From: a virus
Taxonomy: Duplodnaviria; Heunggongvirae; Uroviricota; Caudoviricetes
Reading direction: 5' to 3' (one strand)
IMG/VR virus record: IMGVR_UViG_647533110_000001
DNA length: 34,576 nucleotides
The position numbers and the translations under genes are program-made. Below, one piece after another: positions 27,728 to 34,576 of the stretch (position 1 is the stretch's first letter; each line of letters opens with the position of its first letter). Below the pieces are notes generated by a model, which was not told where the DNA came from, made no database searches, and saw only the letters and a list, made by a program, of their open reading frames with translations.

Positions 27728-28590
27728 TTGTCCTTAATTTTATTAGCAATGGTGCGCAGCCTCTTTTTATGCTTTTTAGGAATAATAAAGTATGAATGTG
27801 CATCACTAAATATTCGCCCACCCTTTGCTACACTTTCTTTAAATACTGGATTAACAAAATCGGGCATCTCAATAATTTGTCCCATCACCTGTGATAATTT
27901 GGATTGGTTGAGAACGTCAGCACTTTCTTCTACTAGAAAACAACGGCATCCATGTTCAATTGGGGGGATTAACCATGCTGGGAAAGATGCTTTGCGGTAG
28001 CTAGTCCCTTCTAATGCAAGGTGCCAAGGGCGCACCCTATTATCTCCCTGTGTCATATATGTTAACACTGTATTATTGCTATACAAAATCCAACCAGCAG
28101 CAATTCCCATCGCATATTCAATATCTTCGTTTTCAATATTCGCGTATATGCTATTGTATCTGTGAAAAATATTTTCAGCTTCTGCCAGATCTACTTCATT
28201 GGTAATATTAAAATTGTCTGGAAGGTTCTCCGACATCTGAAATTCTTCAGCTACTGCAAAATCAACAAGATTATCTAATGCAGCTACTAATATATTACGT
28301 TGCTCTTTTTCTAATTTGGTTAATCCATCATTGTGATTACGAAGTAATTCCAGTGCTTTTTCAAAGTCCATACCAAAACCTTTGATTGCATGATTCAATG
28401 CAAATTCCGCACGTAACGTCATCATTTCTTCTAATAAATCCCAACGATCCTCTATATTGCCATAGTCCTGTAAAAACTTCTGGAAAACAGCGTAGATAGC
28501 AAGGTATTCAGCATTCTCTTCATCTTTGTTCGATTTAGATTCTGCAAGGACGGAAGGAGAAGTGCTATCTTTTATTCTCCTTCCATTAGA
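27712..28590 (-). CDS. MuF/SPP1 gp7-like minor head protein; frame open 55 codons upstream of its first ATG (28425), probably expressed as a portal fusion
   Basis: MuF motif YMTQGDNRVRPWHLALEG...PPIEHGCRCFL. The frame is open up to a TGA at 28599-28597, immediately before a slippery heptamer. Confidence 0.8.
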   Translation of the reverse strand, partial: SNGRRIKDSTSPSVLAESKSNKDEENAEYLAIYAVFQKFLQDYGNIEDRWDLLEEMMTLRAEFALNHAIKGFGMDFEKALELLRNHNDGLTKLEKEQRNILVAALDNLVDFAVAEEFQMSENLPDNFNITNEVDLAEAENIFHRYNSIYANIENEDIEYAMGIAAGWILYSNNTVLTYMTQGDNRVRPWHLALEGTSYRKASFPAWLIPPIEHGCRCFLVEESADVLNQSKLSQVMGQIIEMPDFVNPVFKESVAKGGRIFSDAHSYFIIPKKHKKRLRTIANKIKDKWLEK

Positions 28591-28596
28591 AAATTT
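28552..28596 (-). other. Putative programmed -1 ribosomal frameshift signal
   Basis: In-frame heptamer A-AAT-TTT (28596-28590), 5-nt spacer CTAAT, then perfect stem GGAAGGAGAA / 13-nt loop / TTCTCCTTCC (28584-28552). Confidence 0.7.
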
Positions 28597-29909
28597 TCAA
28601 CGTTGCTTGAATTCTTTCGTTCACCACGCCTATGCCCATATCTTTTGTAATATTCTTCATCGGACATAATGCGTCTATCATTGGAACTTCCATTTATGCT
28701 CCCGCTATTACTTGCCATTTCCGATATAGCGTTAAATTGTTTCCCTACGACAATACCAAATTCTTTTTCGATTTCATCTGCTGATACTTCATACTTATCT
28801 GTAATAAAAGAATATAAGCTAATCTTGTCTTTGTTACTCATTTCTACACGGTTGGCATATTTGAATTCTAATCCCGGCTTGATATATCCCATAGATACTA
28901 ATCTAGGAACGATCTCTTCATTCATTACATTTTCAATGAAACCGCGATACATTTCTATGCGCTCCCGAAAAATGTCTTGGTGAGCATTTGTTGATCCAAC
29001 ATAAGATTGGGTTGCTCCAGCCATAGATTCAGAGCCAACTATTAGATTAGAAACTTCTGTATTGGCAAAATTTATTAAACTAGTATATATGTGTTCGGAA
29101 TTTGACATTGTAAATGTCTTAATGTCAATATCATCGTTCAATCCTGTGACTATTATTTTATTCTGAGCCGCATTTGCAATGTTTTGTGCTAATCGTTGTC
29201 GATCTTGGATGCTTTCTGATTCAGTCTTACCATGTATGATAGGTTGACCATAAGTATGACTAAAATTAACATAATTAGCAAGAGTGAATTTTTTTGCAAG
29301 GATAGTTGGGGTAGTTGCAGAGAATAGCCCCAAGTCACCATTATCAATAAGTATATAATTCTTGGAGTATTGCGATGAAGCAATATCCCATCCAGGATTC
29401 CACTGCCCTTGTCTTTGCACAACTCGTAATTGACTTGCCAATACATTTCTTCGCTCAATAATATTTACTTCAGCTAGCTTTCCTGTTAAAGGATTAATAT
29501 CAGGCATTATTTCTAATAAGGTGTAACCGTACCATTTGGCTTCAACAATACCTTTTATGATTTTAGTGAATTGAGAACCTTGTATCTTTTTGGTTTCTTC
29601 TACATCCTTAATATATTTTCCTCGTTCATTTTGTCTTGCCAACATGTATCGTTCGCCTATAATCTGTGATTCTACAGTTTCTAATACTGCACGTAAATGA
29701 GCATCCTGCTCTACACATGCTTCGTATAAATCTATCAGTGGACCACGATCATCTAAAACAACCCCGCGTGTTACTTGGGATTGAATGGATTTGTATCTAC
29801 AATGACGGTCAATCTCCCTAACATATTCTTGAATAGTTTTTTTGCTAGTTTTAAATATGCTTTCTAAAGGAGTGCCGTGAAATGTTGTTTCTGCACTAAT
29901 TACATTCAT
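28572..29909 (-). CDS. Portal protein (Mu gp29/DUF935-like)
   Basis: 445 aa with DLYE...DAHLRAVL, EAKWYGYTLLEI, F...YGQPII.GK and EISNLIVG-like (EVSNLIVGSESM) motifs; precedes the MuF-like gene. Confidence 0.85.
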   Translation of the reverse strand: MNVISAETTFHGTPLESIFKTSKKTIQEYVREIDRHCRYKSIQSQVTRGVVLDDRGPLIDLYEACVEQDAHLRAVLETVESQIIGERYMLARQNERGKYIKDVEETKKIQGSQFTKIIKGIVEAKWYGYTLLEIMPDINPLTGKLAEVNIIERRNVLASQLRVVQRQGQWNPGWDIASSQYSKNYILIDNGDLGLFSATTPTILAKKFTLANYVNFSHTYGQPIIHGKTESESIQDRQRLAQNIANAAQNKIIVTGLNDDIDIKTFTMSNSEHIYTSLINFANTEVSNLIVGSESMAGATQSYVGSTNAHQDIFRERIEMYRGFIENVMNEEIVPRLVSMGYIKPGLEFKYANRVEMSNKDKISLYSFITDKYEVSADEIEKEFGIVVGKQFNAISEMASNSGSINGSSNDRRIMSDEEYYKRYGHRRGERKNSSNVENFLMEGE

Positions 29910-29924
29910 ATTAAGAGTTTTTGA

Positions 29925-29954
29925 AAGAATAGATAGCGAGTCTAAAGTTGGTTT
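29925..29954 (-). promoter_or_regulatory. Putative late promoter at the head of the virion module
   Basis: AAACCAAC-N14-CTATTCTT, 15 nt upstream of the portal ATG. Confidence 0.7.
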
Positions 29955-30061
29955 CTATATATATGATGGGGTAGAAGTATATGTATTATAATTTGAAATT
30001 TATAAGTATCAGTATTATAGATATATAGCTATAAAATATGTGTTAAATATATGATTTTGTA

Positions 30062-30091
30062 TTGTCAATATGATAAAATAAAATATCTTTG
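30062..30091 (+). promoter_or_regulatory. Bacteroidota housekeeping-sigma promoter (TTG...TAnnTTTG)
   Basis: TATCTTTG at 30084-30091 with TTG 19 nt upstream, 40 nt before ATG 30132. Confidence 0.6.
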
Positions 30092-30131
30092 CGTCGATAA
30101 TTTAATGTTTAACAAATAATACGTCATTAAA

Positions 30132-30665
30132 ATGAGTAAAGATTTTAATTATTTTCGCATTAAGATGGCATACAAGGGCACAAATGATCTAGGTGCTATT
30201 GTTCCCATCAAATCAGAAGATCTGGTAATGGCTACATGCTATACCGAAGCAGAACAAATCGCATATAAGTTGACTGAAGGAAAAGATGAGTTTGGTGATG
30301 TGGATGTAGAAATTGTCCGCACCAAAATTTCAGAAGTTGCTTATAACGATACATTTGCTACTGATACTGAACTAATTTGTGGATTAATATCCTATTTTTT
30401 TGAAGAAAGTGAAGATACAGAAGTTGGGTTGTATCAAGTATCTCTTGTTTATTATGATGTGGACGAAAAGACTGGTAAAACCAAAAGTTCCAACAGTACA
30501 ATTTACGTACCGGCTTATTCTTCATCTGAAGCGATAGAAAATATTCGCACTTACTTAAAACAGGCTGGGGAAACACGTGAATATACTATTCGCAATGTCA
30601 AATATGACAAAGCACAATCGGTCATGGTTACACCTGAAACTCATCAAAACAACATTAGGGTATAA
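30132..30665 (+). CDS. DUF4494-like hypothetical protein
   Basis: YFRIKMAY...LVMATCYTEAEQIAY and a repeated second half (YQVSLVYY...IYVPAYSSSEAIENI) resemble the Bacteroidota DUF4494 family; recognised from memory. Confidence 0.55.
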   Translation: MSKDFNYFRIKMAYKGTNDLGAIVPIKSEDLVMATCYTEAEQIAYKLTEGKDEFGDVDVEIVRTKISEVAYNDTFATDTELICGLISYFFEESEDTEVGLYQVSLVYYDVDEKTGKTKSSNSTIYVPAYSSSEAIENIRTYLKQAGETREYTIRNVKYDKAQSVMVTPETHQNNIRV

Positions 30666-31129
30666 TGACTTCTCCTAAGGGAACCGGGAAAATTATAAAT
30701 ATCAAATGTACAGAAGTCTCACTCCCGGAATTTCCTAATCTCCTTTTTGGAACTCATTTTGATGGTAGCAGAATTTTTGATGCTACATATTATCTCCAAT
30801 CTAAAGACCCCGACAATAAATTAAGCATAGAAGACTTCTTTCATAAGTTTGATTTCCAAATCAAGGCTATTGCAGAAACTTACAAGTTGCCTTTAGAGAA
30901 ACTGGTATCAATCAACACGGAGGGGCATCAATTGATTGACGGATGTTTATGCTATCCGTTTTTATCTTATGTTGATCCGCAATTCTGCGCATATATCAAT
31001 GAAATAATAGACGAAATGTTTGTTACTGGAGTTGTTGTGTCAGATACACATTTAATTTCGTTGGTAAAGAAAAGGCTTCCTCCAGAATTGCTCAAACAAA
31101 TTTGGGATGGCAGAGAAGATTTTTCGTAA
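30665..31129 (+). CDS. KilA-N-like DNA-binding protein
   Basis: IFDATYYL...LIDGCLCYPFLSYVDPQFCAYINEIIDEM resembles the KilA-N/APSES C-terminal pattern. Confidence 0.5.
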   Translation: MTSPKGTGKIINIKCTEVSLPEFPNLLFGTHFDGSRIFDATYYLQSKDPDNKLSIEDFFHKFDFQIKAIAETYKLPLEKLVSINTEGHQLIDGCLCYPFLSYVDPQFCAYINEIIDEMFVTGVVVSDTHLISLVKKRLPPELLKQIWDGREDFS

Positions 31130-31454
31130 ACCCAAAGCTGTCTTAATATTTAATCGCAGAAAAACATTGGCTCTTATGGCTGCTTCAGTAAATGAGGCAG
31201 CTAAAATCAGCGGTTTAAAGCCTGGAAATATTTCTAAGGCCTGTGTCGGTACATTGATTTCCAATGGTATGTATTATTTTAGATATATAGGCAGTGATGT
31301 TGAAATAGAATTATCAGATATAGGTTCATTAAAGTTAGAGGAATATGACAAATTATGTGGTATCGAACGTCAGACATATCCTACGATGGCGATGAATCGT
31401 AAAAAATGGAAATATAATAAAAACAATAGAACGTATGAAAGTAAAAGTTTATAG
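31107..31454 (+). CDS. NUMOD1-like/HTH DNA-binding protein
   Basis: [22 protein letters not shown]...GMYYFRY pattern. Confidence 0.5.
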   Translation: MAEKIFRKPKAVLIFNRRKTLALMAASVNEAAKISGLKPGNISKACVGTLISNGMYYFRYIGSDVEIELSDIGSLKLEEYDKLCGIERQTYPTMAMNRKKWKYNKNNRTYESKSL

Positions 31455-31878
31455 TATATCAAAACATCCGTTGCCTCAATACGCAACTAAGCAATCAGCA
31501 GGACTGGACCTAAGAGCAAATATTGATGCTCCAATTACTATTAATCCTAGAGAACGTGTATTGGTTCCAACAGGATTACACATACAACTTCCAGAAGGTT
31601 TTGAAGCAAGAATTCAGCCTAGAAGTGGATTGGCTCTTAAAAAAGGAATCACTTGTCTTAATTCTCCTGGATGCGTGGATGCCGACTATCGAGGTGATGT
31701 AGGTGTAATTCTTATTAATCATGGAACAGAGCCGTTTACTGTTAATGACGGGGAACGGATTGCTCAAATGATTATCTCTAAATATGAACAAGCAGAATGG
31801 GAGCCTGTTTCTTCAATCGAAGATTTAGAGGCCACAGAACGCGGTGAACAAGGATTTGGGCATTCTGGAATAAAATAA
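31435..31878 (+). CDS. dut: dUTP diphosphatase (trimeric dUTPase)
   Basis: All five motifs present: AGLDL, RSGLA, VDADYRG, RIAQ and [10 protein letters not shown]. Confidence 0.97.
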   Translation: MKVKVYSISKHPLPQYATKQSAGLDLRANIDAPITINPRERVLVPTGLHIQLPEGFEARIQPRSGLALKKGITCLNSPGCVDADYRGDVGVILINHGTEPFTVNDGERIAQMIISKYEQAEWEPVSSIEDLEATERGEQGFGHSGIK

Positions 31879-31883
31879 GAAAT

Positions 31884-31908
31884 ATGGGGTACGTTTTATG
31901 TGCCCCAT
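31884..31908 (+). terminator. Possible terminator hairpin after dut
   Basis: ATGGGGTAC-N7-GTGCCCCAT with one G.U pair, followed by an AT-rich tail. Confidence 0.45.
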
Positions 31909-31939
31909 TATTTAATTTAATTTATAAATATTATAGGAT

Positions 31940-33898
31940 ATGGAGCTTAATTTTACAGTTGAAACAAAAGATGTGTTGCTTGATATGATTAAGCGGCACA
32001 ATAAAATGTATCGTATGGGTGCGCCAGAAATTTCAGATGCGGAGTATGATGCAGAAATAGAACTATTAAAAACACTTGATCCAGACAATGAATGGTTCAA
32101 ACATACCGAACCCGCTTTTGTGTCTGAAACCCGAAAACGGGCTTTGCCAATCCCAATGAAATCTTTAAATAAAGTAAAGGATATATCAGAACTTAAAAAA
32201 TGGTATATGTCTTTAGGCTTGAAAGGAAATGCAGGTGTAGTATGTATGCCTAAGCTGGATGGTCTTTCTCTACTATATAATGAATTAACTGGTGAGGCAT
32301 ATTCTCGTGGAGGGATAGAAAATGAAGGGCAAGATTGTACTAACCATTATCAAGCATCCACTCAATGTTATAATCCGGCCAGCAGTTTTCATTATACTTT
32401 TGGAGAATTTGTCATCAACAGAAGTGATTGGGAGCAACATTTTCATGGAAAACGTTCTAAATTCACAGGAGATATTTTTAAATCACCACGTAATACAGCT
32501 GCCGGTCTTTTAAATAGAGATGAGCCGTGTGATTATCTTGAACACGCTTCTTTCTTCAGATATGGAGTGGATGAGAGTTCCCTACATGATTATAACAACT
32601 TCCATAGTCTGATAGAAACTATTTGTAATATCTATCAACAAGAGCATCTTTACCATTTCGCTTTTATAGATGAACTAAATGAAGAGCTACTGATGAATTT
32701 ATTCAAAGAGTGGAGTAAGATATACCCAATTGATGGTATTGTAATTTATGTTGATGATTTGCGCTTATGGGAAGTTATTGGCAGACATCAAACATCTGGA
32801 AATCCATTATATGCTATTGCCTACAAACATCCAGATTTTACAGAATCTTTTGAAACAACAGTTAAGGGTATTGTATGGAAAGTCAGTAAGTCAGGTGCCC
32901 TTAAACCTGTGGTCAATATTGAAATGGTTGATACTGGAGATTGTAACATGGAAAATCCTACTGGATATAATGCCGGTTGGATTAATGATCACGAAATAGC
33001 GAAGGGGGCTGAAATATTAGTTACCCGTTCTGGAGGGGTAATTCCTAAGATTCTATCAACTCTTAGCCCAGCAACACAAGAAGAACAAGAAAAATTATGG
33101 GATGAAATGTCAGAGTGTCCTCATTGTGGTTCATCGACTATGTGGAATGAGAATCACATAGAACTGTGTTGCACTAATCCTAGTTGTCCAGGTGTTCAAT
33201 TAGCTAAAATTATATTTTTCTATTTGACATGTGGGGCTGAAAATATGGGAGAAGAAACATTATCCAAAATATTCAATGCAGGCTTTACTTCTATACCGGC
33301 GATTCTTAACGTTACTTTTAACGATCTGATAAAAATCGAAGGATTCGGAGACAGTATTTCAAATATAATATTGGAGAATAACAGAAAAATCATGCAAGGA
33401 GTTGATTTGGCGACTTTAATGCAAGCCAGCGATTGCTTTAAAGGAATAGGAAAAATAAAGGCCCAAAAAATATTGGATGAAATGGATGATGAGGATTTAT
33501 GCTCGTTCTGTCAAGGGTGGTATATCAATCACGAACCGGATGTTCAAAGCGAAGACTTTAAAAATTGTCCTATAACTGTACAAAACTTATTGTTGGGGTA
33601 TTTTCCATTTATGGCCTTTTTAGAGGAAACTAAAATACCTTACAAATTGTCCCCAAAGACCGCTGTGCTGGAAGGTAAATGTAAAGGTTTGTCCATCTGT
33701 GTATCAGGATTTCGAGATAGTAATCTTGAAGAAGTAATCACCAACGAAGGAGGAAAAATTGTTAGTGGGGTGTCTAAAAAAACAACACATTTGGTGGTGA
33801 AAGACAAGTCTGCCAACTCATCAAAAATATCCAAGGCCAAATTATTGGGGATACCAATTTTATCAATTGAAGAATTCTGTGATTTTTTTAATAATTAA
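31940..33898 (+). CDS. ligA: NAD-dependent DNA ligase
   Basis: N-terminal Y..G.PEISDAEYD, KLDG adenylation motif, PRNTAAG, IDGIV, AIAYK, OB-fold TRSGGVIPKI, C4 zinc finger (CPHC...CTNPSC), HhH repeats and C-terminal BRCT. Confidence 0.97.
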   Translation: MELNFTVETKDVLLDMIKRHNKMYRMGAPEISDAEYDAEIELLKTLDPDNEWFKHTEPAFVSETRKRALPIPMKSLNKVKDISELKKWYMSLGLKGNAGVVCMPKLDGLSLLYNELTGEAYSRGGIENEGQDCTNHYQASTQCYNPASSFHYTFGEFVINRSDWEQHFHGKRSKFTGDIFKSPRNTAAGLLNRDEPCDYLEHASFFRYGVDESSLHDYNNFHSLIETICNIYQQEHLYHFAFIDELNEELLMNLFKEWSKIYPIDGIVIYVDDLRLWEVIGRHQTSGNPLYAIAYKHPDFTESFETTVKGIVWKVSKSGALKPVVNIEMVDTGDCNMENPTGYNAGWINDHEIAKGAEILVTRSGGVIPKILSTLSPATQEEQEKLWDEMSECPHCGSSTMWNENHIELCCTNPSCPGVQLAKIIFFYLTCGAENMGEETLSKIFNAGFTSIPAILNVTFNDLIKIEGFGDSISNIILENNRKIMQGVDLATLMQASDCFKGIGKIKAQKILDEMDDEDLCSFCQGWYINHEPDVQSEDFKNCPITVQNLLLGYFPFMAFLEETKIPYKLSPKTAVLEGKCKGLSICVSGFRDSNLEEVITNEGGKIVSGVSKKTTHLVVKDKSANSSKISKAKLLGIPILSIEEFCDFFNN

Positions 33899-33919
33899 AT
33901 TATTGCATTACAATGTATT

Positions 33920-33955
33920 AGCGATTAATATTGATTTAAATTGATATTAATCGCT
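33920..33955. repeat. 36-bp near-perfect palindrome upstream of the recombinase promoter
   Basis: AGCGATTAATATTGATTT|AAATTGATATTAATCGCT; the arms match at 16 of 18 positions. Confidence 0.85.
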
Positions 33956-33961
33956 TCTAAA

Positions 33962-33993
33962 TTTGTATAATTGAATGTAATATCATACTTTTG
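33962..33993 (+). promoter_or_regulatory. Bacteroidota housekeeping-sigma promoter
   Basis: TTTG (33962-33965), 20 nt, TACTTTTG (33986-33993); 26 nt before ATG 34020. Confidence 0.7.
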
Positions 33994-34019
33994 CATTAAG
34001 TAAATGAATTGATATAATT

Positions 34020-34576
34020 ATGGCAAAGAAAAATCAGTTAACTAAAAGTGATTATCTTCCTATGGAAGAATATAAGAAGTTATTACGCCTTCTTCATAAG
34101 GATCGGCAATATTTATGGGAACTATATGCTCGACTGGCATTCTGCACTGCACTACGAGTATCAGATGTATTGTCTTTAGCATGGGCTGATATTCTCCATA
34201 AAGGTTCATTGACCAAAATTGAGAAGAAAACTGGAAAGGTACGAAAAATCCCATTTAATTTAAGTATTCAAACGAGAATAGAGGAACTTTATATATTGCT
34301 TAAACGCCCTAATCCGAATGAATTAATATTTAAAAGCAAATTTACAGGAGTATCTATCTCTTCCCAATATCTTAATCGGATAATGAAAGAATGGAAGGCT
34401 AAATATAAATTGGATATAGAGAATTTTTCTACGCATACTTTTAGAAAAACATTTGGACGATATGTTTATGATACAAGCGAAAACAAGTCAGAAGCATTGT
34501 TACTATTGAACAGGATATTCAATCACTCTAACATTGAAATAACTAAAATATACATCTGTATTAGAGAAGATGAAAT
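34020..34576 (+). CDS. Tyrosine recombinase, catalytic domain only (runs off the window)
   Basis: Not in the ORF track. Translates as MAKKNQLTKSDYLPMEEY...TALRVSDVL...EKKTGK...STHTFRKTFG...FNHSNIEITKIY; the R-K-HxxR-H-Y catalytic set is present. Confidence 0.92.
   Translation, partial: MAKKNQLTKSDYLPMEEYKKLLRLLHKDRQYLWELYARLAFCTALRVSDVLSLAWADILHKGSLTKIEKKTGKVRKIPFNLSIQTRIEELYILLKRPNPNELIFKSKFTGVSISSQYLNRIMKEWKAKYKLDIENFSTHTFRKTFGRYVYDTSENKSEALLLLNRIFNHSNIEITKIYICIREDE

Noticed and set aside
2478-29458. The many short plus-strand and alternate-frame ORFs in the track (e.g. 3056..3355, 14685..14912, 17351..17644, 25133..25540, 28669..28983)
   Set aside because: They are antisense or out-of-frame shadows of long genes with recognisable products, and have no motifs or start context.
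9337-29909. A second VR/target for the same TR
   Set aside because: No other TR-like sequence (e.g. GCAACCGCTCTCACCAT or CTACTCCAGTGCC) was seen by eye in this window; targets elsewhere in the genome cannot be excluded.
30000-30050. Short TA-rich palindromes (e.g. TATAGCTATA 30024-30033) as operators
   Set aside because: Expected by chance in extremely AT-rich sequence, and not repeated elsewhere.
1-34576. Stop-codon reassignment (TAG or TGA recoding) as in some gut phages
   Set aside because: Genes are full-length and tightly packed under the standard code. TAG ends RT and the fibre gene, and TGA ends others.
1-34576. Assignment to a named phage family (crAss-like, Hankyphage, Quimby-like etc.)
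   Set aside because: This cannot be supported without marker searches; only a contractile tail and a Bacteroidota-type host signal are evident.

Overview
Internal segment of a low-GC tailed bacteriophage (or prophage) of a Bacteroidota host. No host housekeeping genes or prophage boundary are visible. Bases 1-29909 are one minus-strand virion module. In transcription order it holds portal, MuF-like head protein, virion morphogenesis and neck proteins, Clp-type prohead protease with a nested scaffold, major capsid, tail sheath, tube, tail assembly chaperone, tape measure, baseplate and tail proteins, and a 2009-aa fibre/adhesin. The fibre is the target of a complete diversity-generating retroelement (DGR): VR, hairpin, avd, TR and RT. 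Bases 30132-34576 are a divergent plus-strand block (DUF4494-like, KilA-N-like, NUMOD1-like, dUTPase, NAD-dependent ligase, small tyrosine recombinase) with host-type TAnnTTTG promoters. The main observations not shown by the ORF track are: (1) a slippery heptamer plus 10-bp hairpin at the end of the portal gene that would fuse portal to the MuF protein by -1 frameshifting; (2) a second -1 frameshift signal giving an unannotated gpGT-like tail chaperone; (3) a repeated AACC-N18-TATTC putative late promoter in front of eight minus-strand starts, including the DGR avd-TR-RT cassette and an internal scaffold start. Product calls come from motif recognition only; no database searches were run.
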